From NCBI GenBank assembly GCA_902591775.1, contig CACJBW010000004.1:6511-70510 (forward strand): a DNA stretch of 64,000 nucleotides, in the 5' to 3' direction. The notes below the pieces were generated by a model. It was not told the origin of the DNA. It did no database searches and saw only the letters and a list, made by a program, of their open reading frames with translations. Positions 1 to 9,986 of the stretch are shown here, one piece after another. The position numbers and the translations under genes are program-made. Position 1 is the first letter of the stretch. Each line of letters starts with the position of its first letter. This DNA comes from an uncultured Pelagibacteraceae bacterium. GTDB taxonomy: Bacteria > Pseudomonadota > Alphaproteobacteria > Pelagibacterales > Pelagibacteraceae.

Positions 1-2932
1 TTCCAATAACTAAAGGTAACATTGCAATCATTGTACTTATGGATGTCATTATAATAGGTCTAAATCTTAAACTGCAGGCCTCTTTAACAGCTTTTTCAAT
101 TTCTTTACCTGTTGTTCTTAATTGATTTGCGTAATCAACTATAAGAATACTATTTTTTGTTGAAATACCAATAAGTATTACTAAGGCTATTTGTGAAAAT
201 ATATTTATTGATGAATTCAAGAATAGAATAAATATTAATCCTCCAAATACTGCAAGTGGAACAGTTAAAATAATTATAAATGGGTGTATAAACGAATTAA
301 AAGTAGCTGACATAACAAGATAAGCAGTCAACAATGCTAAAGCAAATATGATATAAAGTTCATTACTTGTTTCTTTTAATTCCTCAGATTTTCCTTTCCA
401 AGTAATTTGTTTATCTGGAGCAACACTAGTCATTGTTTCTTCTAAATATTTAATTGCTTCAGCTAAAGTATAACCTTCACTTATATTAGCCGATATTGTT
501 ACGGCACGTTGTCTGTTATATCTTGATAACTTGCTTGCCGTTCCTTTTTCATTAAATTCAACAAGATTAGAGAGGGAAACTAAATTACCTGTTTTTTCTG
601 ATCGAACGAATATTTTACTTAAACTTTCTTTATTTTTCCTATCTTCTAAATATTGTTGTAAAATAATTGGGTATTCTTTTCCAAGTTTATTAAATTTTGT
701 TACCGTCTTACCCCCATACAAAGTTTCTAAAGTTTGACCAATTGCTTCAGTTGATATTCCTAAGTCTTTTGCTTTATTTTTATTAATTTTTATATTCACT
801 TCAGGTTTATTTCTGGTGTAGTCAGATTCAAGTCTTGATAAATTTCTGTTCTTTCTTAACATTCTAATAACTCTAGATTGTATTTCTTCTAACTCTTCGT
901 ATGTATTTCCATAAATAACCATTTGAACTGGCTTATTGTAACTTGAAACTCTTATTGACTGAGGAGAAATTGGAAAAGCTAGTGTTTGAGGTACAGTAAC
1001 TATTTTTCCAATTGCTTGTCTCATTATTGTTTGAGAATTCTGTTTTCTATTTTTCCAATTGTCCAAAAGTGAGATTATTAAGAAGCTATTTTCAGACCCA
1101 AAGCCTGGAACTATCATTAAAAATCTATTGTATGGACTATTATCGCCATCAAGTAGTGGAATTAGTCTTTTTTCTACATCCTCCGCCCTTTTTTGAGTAT
1201 ATTGGAATGAACTTCCCTCATCAGTAAATCCTATAACTAAGTAAACTCCACGATCTTCTAATGGTAACAATTCTTTTTTTGTATAGTTATACAAACCCCC
1301 AGAGGCAACTATGATAAAAACTATGAATGTTATTATTGTTTTCTTCTTATTCATCCAAAATCCTAATGTCTCAGTGTAAAATTTTAAAAAGCCTTGAAAA
1401 AATTTATCAAATCCTTTTGTCAAGAAATTCGACTTTTTCTTTTTATCAAGAAATTTACTACCTAGCATTGGTGAAAGCGTTAGAGCAACAAATGATGACA
1501 CTACTATTGCAAATGATAGTGCTATTGCAGTTTCTTTAAATAAAGTTCCAGCAATACCTTCAATGAAAATTAAAGGCAAAAATACTGCAACCAAAATAAG
1601 AGTTGTTGCAATAATTGCAAACGTAATTTGTTTTGAACCTTTATAAGCTGCTACCAGCGGTGTCTCACCATTTTCAATTCTTCTATATATCGCATCGGTC
1701 ATAATGACTGAGTCATCAGTAATAATTCCAATTGCTAATATAAAACTTAATAAGACAAATATATTAATAGATAAATCAAATATATATAAACCTAAGAATG
1801 TAGCAATTAGACTTACAGGTAAAGCTATTGCTGGAACAATAACTGCTTTTAAATTTCCTAAAAATAAATAAATTATTATTACAACAAGTATAAAAGCTAT
1901 AGCCAAAGTTTTATAAACTTCATTTATTGCTTCACCAATATAAGTAGCTCTGTTAAAAGCTATTTCTAAATTTAAATCACTAGGTAAAGTTTTTCTAATT
2001 TCTTTAATTTTTTTTTCAACATCTTTTGATAATTCAACAGTTGAAGCCCCACTTCTTGCATAAATTCCTATACCCATGGTTTTTAAATTTAGTGCTCCTT
2101 TACTTTGTGCTCTGAATAAAACTTTCTCTGTGACAGGACCTAATTCTAAATTTGCAATATCAGATAGTCTTACTATATTATCTTTAGCTTTCTTTATTGG
2201 CAGTTCCTTAAGTTTTTCTAAATCATTATATGATTTATCGATATTAATCGTTAAATCTATATTTTCAGCCTCAAGTGTACCCGCTGGTAATCGAATATTT
2301 TCGTTTCTTAAAGATCTTTCTACTTCTTGAATAGTTAAATTATTTGCAGCTAATTTGATTGGATCTATCCATACTCTAATACTCTGCTCCCTAAGACCAC
2401 CCGTTCTTATTCGACCAACATTTTTAATGCTAGAAAATTGATCAACTAAATATCGTTCTGCATAGTCTCCGAGCTCAAGATCACTCCAGGTTTCTGAAGA
2501 TAAGGCAAGCCACATTGTAGTTGTAAAACCTGCAGATTGCTTAAGTATTCTTGGGGCCTCAGACTCGGCTGGCAGCCTTCCGACAATTCTTGCAACTCTC
2601 TCTCTTACATCGTTTGCGGCATTATCAAGGTCTATATCTGTATCAAATTCGATATTTATAGTACTTTTTCCATTCTCTGATTTAGCGTCTATGTTTTTTA
2701 TTCCCTCTGCTCCACCTATAACTTCTTCAATTACTTGTGTAACTTCTTCATCAACAATTGGAGCTGATGCTGATGAATATTCTACCTGGACTTGAACCAC
2801 AGGTGGTTGTAGACCAGATGGTAGTTCTCTAACTGGTAATTTTGAAAAAACAAAAGTTCCAAATACAACTAGTATTAAGGATAATACCCATGACAATGCT
2901 GGTCTTCTAATACTAACATCAGTTAAATACAT
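1..2932 (-). CDS. RND efflux transporter permease (AcrB/AcrD/AcrF family), 3' end runs off the window
   Basis: ATG at 2932 reads MYLTDVSIRRPA. TM4 motif LAIGIITDDSVIM; RFRPIIMTS near the window edge. Directly downstream of an MFP gene. Absent from the ORF track because the stop lies outside the window. Confidence 0.93.
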   Translation of the reverse strand, partial: MYLTDVSIRRPALSWVLSLILVVFGTFVFSKLPVRELPSGLQPPVVQVQVEYSSASAPIVDEEVTQVIEEVIGGAEGIKNIDAKSENGKSTINIEFDTDIDLDNAANDVRERVARIVGRLPAESEAPRILKQSAGFTTTMWLALSSETWSDLELGDYAERYLVDQFSSIKNVGRIRTGGLREQSIRVWIDPIKLAANNLTIQEVERSLRNENIRLPAGTLEAENIDLTINIDKSYNDLEKLKELPIKKAKDNIVRLSDIANLELGPVTEKVLFRAQSKGALNLKTMGIGIYARSGASTVELSKDVEKKIKEIRKTLPSDLNLEIAFNRATYIGEAINEVYKTLAIAFILVVIIIYLFLGNLKAVIVPAIALPVSLIATFLGLYIFDLSINIFVLLSFILAIGIITDDSVIMTDAIYRRIENGETPLVAAYKGSKQITFAIIATTLILVAVFLPLIFIEGIAGTLFKETAIALSFAIVVSSFVALTLSPMLGSKFLDKKKKSNFLTKGFDKFFQGFLKFYTETLGFWMNKKKTIITFIVFIIVASGGLYNYTKKELLPLEDRGVYLVIGFTDEGSSFQYTQKRAEDVEKRLIPLLDGDNSPYNRFLMIVPGFGSENSFLIISLLDNWKNRKQNSQTIMRQAIGKIVTVPQTLAFPISPQSIRVSSYNKPVQMVIYGNTYEELEEIQSRVIRMLRKNRNLSRLESDYTRNKPEVNIKINKNKAKDLGISTEAIGQTLETLYGGKTVTKFNKLGKEYPIILQQYLEDRKNKESLSKIFVRSEKTGNLVSLSNLVEFNEKGTASKLSRYNRQRAVTISANISEGYTLAEAIKYLEETMTSVAPDKQITWKGKSEELKETSNELYIIFALALLTAYLVMSATFNSFIHPFIIILTVPLAVFGGLIFILFLNSSINIFSQIALVILIGISTKNSILIVDYANQLRTTGKEIEKAVKEACSLRFRPIIMTSISTMIAMLPLVIG

Positions 2933-2936
2933 TTAA

Positions 2937-3857
2937 TTATTTACTTTTATTCTCTTTTTTACCCCAATTAGACTCACTTTTTTTTTCACCATCTTTAATG
3001 GGTTTAATTTTTCCATTGGGTCTTACTTTTTTCAATCCTTCAGCAACAACGATATCGCCCTCATTTAAACCTGACTCCACTTCTAGATATCCTTTGTTTC
3101 TGTTACCAACTTTAACTTCAACTCTTTTTGTTACATTCTCTTTATCTACTTTATAAATATAAACTTTATTACCTTCTAAGATTACACTTGTATCTGGAAT
3201 TCCTAAAGAAACTCTCTCATTATATTTTATTGTGACTTCCATTAAAGCACCAGGCAAAATCTCAGAATTTGAATTTTGCATTTTAACTCTAAGTCTTAAA
3301 GATCTATTGCTAACATCAATTTTGCTAGCCAAAGAATCTACTATACCTTTATAAGTTTTATTCTTATTGCCAGAAAATTTTACATCAACACCTAGTCCTT
3401 TTTCTACAAATGGCGCAAATATTTCTGGAACATCAACATCAATAAATAAAAAAGATGCATCTTCAATATCAATTACAACTGAACTTTCTGAAACATTAAT
3501 ATCATCAGAAAAGTTTCTTTTACCAATTACTCCATCGAAGGGTGCTGTGATTGTTCTACTTTTTAATTTTGCAATAACATCACCAGACTTAACTTTAGTA
3601 TTATATTTGATTTCTTCTAGAATTTCGTATTTTTCAATATTGTATGACTGCGTTTTAATTGGAACCGCTGTTCCAAAGGTTTCAATAATATTTTGAAACT
3701 TTCTTTCCTCTACTGTTTTGACAATGATACCTGGTGGCGGTCTTTTACTAAATTTTTTTTTAAAATGGTTCCCAATCATTGTTCGAGCAATGATCACACC
3801 TGCAATAATTAGAAAAAAAATTACTATTATTGATGTTATTTTAGTAGATCTCTTCAT
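2937..3857 (-). CDS. RND efflux periplasmic adaptor (membrane fusion protein, AcrA-like)
   Basis: N-terminal TM anchor, ITAPFDGVIG, IPDTSV and GLNEGDIVVAEG motifs; adjacent to the RND permease. Confidence 0.92.
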   Translation of the reverse strand: MKRSTKITSIIVIFFLIIAGVIIARTMIGNHFKKKFSKRPPPGIIVKTVEERKFQNIIETFGTAVPIKTQSYNIEKYEILEEIKYNTKVKSGDVIAKLKSRTITAPFDGVIGKRNFSDDINVSESSVVIDIEDASFLFIDVDVPEIFAPFVEKGLGVDVKFSGNKNKTYKGIVDSLASKIDVSNRSLRLRVKMQNSNSEILPGALMEVTIKYNERVSLGIPDTSVILEGNKVYIYKVDKENVTKRVEVKVGNRNKGYLEVESGLNEGDIVVAEGLKKVRPNGKIKPIKDGEKKSESNWGKKENKSK

Positions 3858-3859
3858 TT

Positions 3860-4675
3860 CTATATTCTTCCATATTCAGCCCATGAACCATCATAAATTG
3901 TAGGAGAATATGTATTATTTACTAGGGAATATGCAAGACCTAAAACACATGCTGTTATACCAGATCCACATGAAAAAACTGTTTTATCGTCATGTAAATC
4001 AATAATTTCGCTGAACTTTTTTGAGATTTCACTTACACCTTTAAAGGTGTTGTCTGAGCTATTTATAATTTCTTTAAATGGAAGACATACAGAGTTTGGA
4101 ATAGATCCACTTCTCACATTCTTCCTGGGATCTGGAACACTTCCATTAAATCTTTTCTTACTTCTAGCGTCAATTATTGTAAAATTTTTTTGTCCAATGT
4201 TTTCATTTATTTCATCAATACTTTTTACCAGATTTTTATTTTCCATTGCTCTGTAGGTTGAGTTGTTTAAAATTGTCTTTTCACTTGTTGTTTTCCTATT
4301 TTCAATCAACCATTTTTTTAAACCACCATCTAAAACACTTACTAGGTATTTATCATGGCCAAAATAAATAAAATTGTACCAACCTCTACATGAACTTAGA
4401 ACATCAGAGTTATCATAAATTACAATTCTATCGGTATTTGATATGCCCATTAATGATACTATCTCTTCCCATTTTTCTTTTGAAGGTAGCATGTGAGGTA
4501 AATCTGTATCTTGATCTGAATTCTTGTCTAAGTCAAAAAAAATTGCACCAGGAATATGATTTTTAGAGTACTCCTCTTTAGGATTTCTATCAATTCCTGG
4601 CATATGCCACGAGCAGTCAATTATTTTGACGTCACTTAAATTATTTTCTAACCAATCTGATGTAACAAGTGACAT
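3860..4675 (-). CDS. sseA: 3-mercaptopyruvate/thiosulfate sulfurtransferase (tandem rhodanese)
   Basis: HIPGAIFFD, LPHMLP, active-site CGSGITAC, YDGSWAEY. Confidence 0.92.
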   Translation of the reverse strand: MSLVTSDWLENNLSDVKIIDCSWHMPGIDRNPKEEYSKNHIPGAIFFDLDKNSDQDTDLPHMLPSKEKWEEIVSLMGISNTDRIVIYDNSDVLSSCRGWYNFIYFGHDKYLVSVLDGGLKKWLIENRKTTSEKTILNNSTYRAMENKNLVKSIDEINENIGQKNFTIIDARSKKRFNGSVPDPRKNVRSGSIPNSVCLPFKEIINSSDNTFKGVSEISKKFSEIIDLHDDKTVFSCGSGITACVLGLAYSLVNNTYSPTIYDGSWAEYGRI

Positions 4676-4676
4676 T

Positions 4677-5120
4677 CTATATTTTTTCTAGATACTTCTG
4701 ATGATACTCTTCAGCAGTGCAGTAATTTTTCAACTCAGATAGCTTAGTTACAACTTTTCCAGATAACTTTAAATTTTCTTCGTCTATTACTTTTTGAGCA
4801 ATATTTTTTTGTTCTTCATTAAGGTAGAATATCTCACTTCTGTATTGTGTTCCAAAATCAGGACCTTGAGAGTTTAGTGTAGTTGGATCATGAAATTCAA
4901 AAAATCTCTTAATTATTTGCTCGTATGTAATAACTTTAGGATCAAATTCTAATTTTACAGCTTCTGCATGATTAGTTGTTCCTGTACAAACTTCTCTATA
5001 ATTTGTATTAGGACTGTTTCCTCCACAATATCCAACCTCTGTTCTGTAGATACCATCTAATTGTCCATATTTTTTTTCTGGACCCCAGAAACATCCTAAA
5101 GCTAAAACTGCTATTTCCAT
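4677..5120 (-). CDS. msrA: Peptide methionine sulfoxide reductase A (minimal form)
   Basis: GCFWG, GYCGG, HDPT, GTQYRS, AEEYHQKY. Confidence 0.96.
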   Translation of the reverse strand: MEIAVLALGCFWGPEKKYGQLDGIYRTEVGYCGGNSPNTNYREVCTGTTNHAEAVKLEFDPKVITYEQIIKRFFEFHDPTTLNSQGPDFGTQYRSEIFYLNEEQKNIAQKVIDEENLKLSGKVVTKLSELKNYCTAEEYHQKYLEKI

Positions 5121-5154
5121 AGATCTATGATATAATAATAATATAAACTAATCC

Positions 5155-6036
5155 ATGTTATCTAGAAATCAATTAGGCTTTTTGTACATGTTTTTTTCAG
5201 TGTGTGCATTTTCAATGATGGATGTGCTTGTTAAGTGGTCTGAAAATTATCCTGTTGGCGAAGTTCTTTTTTTTAGAGGAATTTGCGGATTAATACCTAT
5301 ATTTTTTTTAATACCAAAAGAAAACTACACAAATTTTTATAAAACAGATCGACCTAAATTACATTTCTTTAGATGTGCTGCAGGATTAATAGCAATAGTA
5401 TCAGTATTTATTGCACTAAGAAATTTACCTTTGGCAACTGTAGTGGGTATCTCATTTGCTGCACCAATTTTTGCAACAATTTTATCTATTTATTTTTTGT
5501 CAGAAAAAATTGGTAAATACCGCTGGTTAGCAGTTTTGATCGGTTTTATAGGTGTAATAATTATTACACAACCAGGTATTTCCGCTTTAAATTTTTATTA
5601 TATTTACCCAATAATTTTTTGTTTAGGAATGTCATATGTTGCAATTGCTATCAGACAGTTATCTACATCCGAACCAGTTTGGCTTATTTCTTTTTATTTT
5701 TCAGTAGCGATATCTATTTTAGGTTTGTTTACAATTCCTTTTGGATGGGTAATGCCTACGTTAATAGATTTTATTTTTTTGTGTATGATTGGTTTGCTTG
5801 GAGGTATTGCTAATTTACTACTTGGACAATCTTACAAACTTTCAGAAGTTTCTTTAGTTACTCCACTTAAGTATTTAAGTTTAGTATTTGCAATTATATT
5901 CGGTTATTTTATTTGGAATGAAATACCATCTTATAAAACTTTATTGGGTTCATTACTTGTAGTGCTATCTTCATTAATTATATTTAGAAGAGAAATCTAT
6001 TTGAAAAAACCAAACTTAATTTTTAAAAATGAGTAA
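5155..6036 (+). CDS. DMT/EamA family transporter
   Basis: About 10 TM helices, duplicated EamA pattern (FAAPIF...LSEKIG; PLKYLSLVFA...WNEIP). Confidence 0.88.
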   Translation: MLSRNQLGFLYMFFSVCAFSMMDVLVKWSENYPVGEVLFFRGICGLIPIFFLIPKENYTNFYKTDRPKLHFFRCAAGLIAIVSVFIALRNLPLATVVGISFAAPIFATILSIYFLSEKIGKYRWLAVLIGFIGVIIITQPGISALNFYYIYPIIFCLGMSYVAIAIRQLSTSEPVWLISFYFSVAISILGLFTIPFGWVMPTLIDFIFLCMIGLLGGIANLLLGQSYKLSEVSLVTPLKYLSLVFAIIFGYFIWNEIPSYKTLLGSLLVVLSSLIIFRREIYLKKPNLIFKNE

Positions 6037-6652
6037 ACCTCCGATTTATTGGTCAAAGGCAGTAAAGTTTCTATCTAAAGACAAGATAATGAAAAAACTT
6101 ATTTATAAATACAAAGACAAAACCTTAACAACAAGAAAAGATATTTTTTTGTCTCTATGTAAAAGTATAATAGGACAACAGATAAGTGTTGCTGCAGCAA
6201 ATTCTGTATTTTTAAAGTTTAAAAAAGAATGTAGAGGAAAGATAAATCCAAAAGTAGTTAATGCTATTACCTCGGCTCGTTTGAAAAAATGTGGATTAAG
6301 CAGACAAAAAGTTAGAGGAATTAAAGAGCTTGCAAAAAAATTTGTAAATAAAACATTTAATCCAAGAATTATAAAAAAAATGGGAGACGAGGAGGCAATT
6401 CTTTATTTATCTGAGTTAAGACAAATAGGTAGATGGTCTGCAGAGATGATATTACTATTTACTTACAATAGATCTAATATATGGCCCGTTCAAGATATTG
6501 GTTTACTAAGAGCTATTTCAAACAATTATAGAAAAAGCTATTTACCACCCATGAGCTATGTAAATCGATTGAAAAAGAGGTTTTCTCCATATTGTTCCGT
6601 AGCTACTTGGTATTTATGGCGCTCCATAGACGATGAGCCTATACAATATTAA
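6029..6652 (+). CDS. alkA: DNA-3-methyladenine glycosylase II (HhH-GPD family)
   Basis: IIGQQISVAAA, GLSRQK, HhH IGRWSAEM, WPVQDIG, PYCSVATWYLW. Confidence 0.88.
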   Translation: MSKPPIYWSKAVKFLSKDKIMKKLIYKYKDKTLTTRKDIFLSLCKSIIGQQISVAAANSVFLKFKKECRGKINPKVVNAITSARLKKCGLSRQKVRGIKELAKKFVNKTFNPRIIKKMGDEEAILYLSELRQIGRWSAEMILLFTYNRSNIWPVQDIGLLRAISNNYRKSYLPPMSYVNRLKKRFSPYCSVATWYLWRSIDDEPIQY

Positions 6653-6936
6653 GTGCCTTCAACTATTTGATGATGTCTTACAGCATAGCCTTTGATAACT
6701 TCTAGTGCTTCCTGATATTCAGGGGAATCATAAAATTCTATTGCTGTGTTGTAATCTGTAAATTCAACTACAGTTGTTCTAGGAGAGTTTATTCCCTCAT
6801 TTACTCTTTTTTTTCCACCTCTAATTATAAATATCCCTGAGTATTTATCTGCAGCAATCTTGGCTTTTAGTGCATATTCCTTTAATTTTTCTTCACTATT
6901 GATTTTTTCCCACACGCAAACTACGTAACCTTTCAT
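6649..6936 (-). CDS. DUF1330 family protein
   Basis: FIIRGG...EG...RTTVVEF...FYDSPEYQEA...IVEG. Confidence 0.88.
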   Translation of the reverse strand: MKGYVVCVWEKINSEEKLKEYALKAKIAADKYSGIFIIRGGKKRVNEGINSPRTTVVEFTDYNTAIEFYDSPEYQEALEVIKGYAVRHHQIVEGT

Positions 6937-6978
6937 AATTTTCCTTTATCTATTATTATATAATCAATTTTTACTTTA

Positions 6979-7281
6979 TCAAATTTGTTCTTGTTCTATC
7001 CCTTCAACAATAAACATTATTCTCTTAGTTGTATTTTCTGCATGAGTCCAAGCAGATTTATATTCAGTTGACTCATGGCATAACATAGCATCATCGTAAG
7101 TCGGAAACTCCCATATTACAGTACGCACAATGTTTGGGCCACTAAATGACTTTAATTTTCCACCTCTAACTACTGGTTTCCCTCCATAACTTTTTATTAT
7201 AGGAACAGCCTTTTCTCCATATTTTTTTAAGTTATCCTGGCTTGAAATTTCTAAGTATAGACTTATCCAATAAGTTTTCAT
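6979..7281 (-). CDS. DUF1330 family protein (second paralog)
   Basis: YGGKPVVRGG...RTVIWEFP...ESTEYKSA...IVEG. Confidence 0.87.
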   Translation of the reverse strand: MKTYWISLYLEISSQDNLKKYGEKAVPIIKSYGGKPVVRGGKLKSFSGPNIVRTVIWEFPTYDDAMLCHESTEYKSAWTHAENTTKRIMFIVEGIEQEQI

Positions 7282-7324
7282 ATTTATCCTTTTTTAATAT
7301 TTTTATTTATGATACCAAATTTTT

Positions 7325-7849
7325 ATGGCTGATAAATTAATAATTACTTATGAAGAATATAAAAAGGTAGTCGAAAAACTTGCTTTAGAAATTGAAAAAA
7401 AATATAAGCCAACAGTATTAGTTGGCATCATGAGAGGTGCAGCTCCAATTATAGATATTTTATCTAGAATTTTTAAATTACCTACCGCTTATGTTGTAAT
7501 TCAAAGTTATTCCGGAGATACGGTACAAGATAAACAAGGGGAGCTAATATTTGCAAGAGATATAAGTGCAATTGCAACTAACGAAGATTTTAAAAATGTA
7601 TTGTTAGTAGATGATCTATCAGACACAGGACTAACTTTAAATAAAAGTATAGAGTGGCTTAAAGAATATGAACCTGTTAAGGGTCACATAAGTGAAATTA
7701 AAACAGCGTGTCTTTGGAAAAAAAAATCTTCCACTTTTACTCCTGATTTCTGTCCGATTTTATTAGATAATGATCCATGGATTGTTCAACCATCAGAGTA
7801 TTATGATGAAATTGATATAGATGGTTTGAAAAAAAAGTATTCTAAATAA
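7325..7849 (+). CDS. Type I phosphoribosyltransferase, probably purine (xanthine/guanine/hypoxanthine) salvage
   Basis: GIMRG loop, PRPP-binding LLVDDLSDTGLT, C-terminal WIVQP; next to a BMP-type ABC transporter. Confidence 0.82.
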   Translation: MADKLIITYEEYKKVVEKLALEIEKKYKPTVLVGIMRGAAPIIDILSRIFKLPTAYVVIQSYSGDTVQDKQGELIFARDISAIATNEDFKNVLLVDDLSDTGLTLNKSIEWLKEYEPVKGHISEIKTACLWKKKSSTFTPDFCPILLDNDPWIVQPSEYYDEIDIDGLKKKYSK

Positions 7850-7851
7850 AA

Positions 7852-7875
7852 AAAGGCCAGACTAAGCTGGCCTTT
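7852..7875. terminator. Intrinsic terminator between convergent PRTase and BMP genes (probably bidirectional)
   Basis: AAAGGCCAG-actaag-CTGGCCTTT hairpin with flanking A and T runs. Confidence 0.85.
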
Positions 7876-7900
7876 AATTTTAATCTTTTGATAAAATTTA

Positions 7901-8965
7901 TTACTGTGGAATATCTCCTTCTACCCCTTTAACGTAAACATTCATTCCGGCTAGCATTCCATCATCAGCTACAGCACCTTCGGCTACAAGAATGTTTCCT
8001 TTTTGATCATAAATTGGACCAGTAAATGAGTGAGCTTTTCCTGAAGCTAAGTCTTTTTGAAGTTGTTCTACTTCTCTCACTAAATCTCCTCCCATTGCGG
8101 AATTATATGGAGCCATTGCTACCATTCCTTCTTTTAATCCATGCCAAGTATCTTGTTGTTTCCAAGTGCCATCTCTTGCTGCAATTGATCTTTCTACATA
8201 GTAAGGCGCCCAATCATCTATAATCGAAGTTAATATAGATTTTGGAGCGAATCTTTGCATGTCACTTGCTTGACCAAAAGACCAAACTCCTGCTTTTTCT
8301 GCAACTTGTACCGGAGCAGTACTATCAGTATGTTGCATAATTATATCTGCACCTTGGTCAATCAAAGCTTGAGCTGCTTCAGACTCTTTTCCTGGATCAT
8401 ACCAAGTAAAAACCCAAACAATTTTTGTCTTAATATCAGGATTTACTTTTTGAGCAGCTAATGTCATTGCATTAATTCCTCTAATGACCTCAGGAATTGG
8501 AAAAGAAGCAATGTATCCAATTGTATTTGTCTTTGTCATCTTTCCAGCCATATGTCCTAGTAAAGTTCTACCTTCATAAAACCTTGCTGAATATGTTGAG
8601 ACATTTGAATGCTCTCTTTTGTAACCAGTCGCATGTTCAAATTTTACATTTGGAAAATCTTTAGCAACTTTATTTGTTGGATCCATATATCCAAAACTAG
8701 TAGTAAAGATTAGGTCGTGACCAGATTGTGCTAATTGTCTTATAACTCTTTCTGCATCTGCACCTTCAGGCACACTTTCTACATAGGTTGTTTTTATTCC
8801 AGCAGCTTCTACTGCTTTTCTTCCTTCGTCGTGTTGGTACGTCCACCCATGGTCCCCAGTTGGACCAACATAAACGAAACCAACTTTAAAATCTGCATTC
8901 GCATTTATGCTAAACCAAAGAAAAAATAGTACAGAAATTAAATACCTTAAAAATAATTTATACAT
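7901..8965 (-). CDS. BMP family ABC transporter substrate-binding protein (purine/nucleoside)
   Basis: KVGFVYVGP.GDHGWTYQHDEGR, TTSFGY, FEHATGY, SFPIPEVIRGINA, QHTDS. Confidence 0.93.
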   Translation of the reverse strand: MYKLFLRYLISVLFFLWFSINANADFKVGFVYVGPTGDHGWTYQHDEGRKAVEAAGIKTTYVESVPEGADAERVIRQLAQSGHDLIFTTSFGYMDPTNKVAKDFPNVKFEHATGYKREHSNVSTYSARFYEGRTLLGHMAGKMTKTNTIGYIASFPIPEVIRGINAMTLAAQKVNPDIKTKIVWVFTWYDPGKESEAAQALIDQGADIIMQHTDSTAPVQVAEKAGVWSFGQASDMQRFAPKSILTSIIDDWAPYYVERSIAARDGTWKQQDTWHGLKEGMVAMAPYNSAMGGDLVREVEQLQKDLASGKAHSFTGPIYDQKGNILVAEGAVADDGMLAGMNVYVKGVEGDIPQ

Positions 8966-9053
8966 TTGATATCCCCTTTAAATTTAATTTTGTGATACTA
9001 CAAACTAATCAATATTCTAATAAAAAAAAATATTTATTTTGGAATAGCTAACA

Positions 9054-9986
9054 TCACTTTTCCTTATAGAAGATTTGTCCCAATGAAGTTGGTGTATTAA
9101 GTTTTATTTTTCTACTGTCGCGAGAAATTACAACTAAAACTACTATTGTCATGATATATGGTAATGCACTTAATAATTGAACTGGAATTCTTAAACCTAC
9201 AGCCTGCATGTGTAATTGTAAGATTGTGATTCCGCCAAATATTAATGCTCCTATAAGAACTTTTATTGGACTCCAAGTTGCAAAAACTACTAATGCTAGA
9301 GCAATCCATCCTCTGCCGCCAGTCATATTCTCAATCCACTGGGGAGTATATATTAATGATAGGTAAGCACCGGCTAAACCACACATTGAACCTCCATAAA
9401 GAATGCAACTATATCTTACTAATGAAACATTAATTCCCTGATTTGAAGCTGAAGCAGGCGAATCCCCTACGGCTCTGACAACCAAACCAGTTTTTGTTTT
9501 TTTTAAGAAATAATTTGTTAAGAAAGGCAATCCAAATGCAAAATAAAGGATAATTGAATGCCCAAAGAATATTGGGCCTAAAAATGGAATACTTTCTTTT
9601 AAATTAACAAATAATAAGGGAAATTCCTTTCCTGGAATTCCAACAAAATTCTTACCTATCATCGCTGACATTCCTATACCAAAGATAGTTAAAGCTAGAC
9701 CTGTCGCAACATGATTTGTAAGGAGTGTTTGTGTGAGAAACCCAAAAATTAAAGAGATAATTAAGCCTGAAAACATGGAGCCTATCACTGCAAAAAATAA
9801 ATTATCAGTCACTACCATTAAAGCAAATCCAGAAATTGCACCAATAATCATCATTCCTTCTACCCCAAGATTTAAAACACCAGATCTCTCCGTTATTAAT
9901 TCTCCAGATGCAGCAAGTATTAAAGGGACCGATGATGCCATTATCGCACCAATTAAAATACCAATAAAATTTAAATCAAAGCTCAT
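9054..9986 (-). CDS. Nucleoside-type ABC transporter permease
   Basis: ERSGVLNLGVEG, GRGWIALALVVF, ALPYIMT. Confidence 0.92.
   Translation of the reverse strand: MSFDLNFIGILIGAIMASSVPLILAASGELITERSGVLNLGVEGMMIIGAISGFALMVVTDNLFFAVIGSMFSGLIISLIFGFLTQTLLTNHVATGLALTIFGIGMSAMIGKNFVGIPGKEFPLLFVNLKESIPFLGPIFFGHSIILYFAFGLPFLTNYFLKKTKTGLVVRAVGDSPASASNQGINVSLVRYSCILYGGSMCGLAGAYLSLIYTPQWIENMTGGRGWIALALVVFATWSPIKVLIGALIFGGITILQLHMQAVGLRIPVQLLSALPYIMTIVVLVVISRDSRKIKLNTPTSLGQIFYKEK

Noticed and set aside
531-4256. Plus-strand ORFs of 60-110 aa over the RND, MFP and sseA genes, and similar short shadow ORFs throughout the window (e.g. 27756-27977, 28395-28697, 50296-52439, 58630-59022)
   Set aside because: They are antisense or out-of-frame shadows of well-supported genes and have no motifs. 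The Pro/Met-rich 27756 ORF is just the reverse strand of the GroEL GGM tail.
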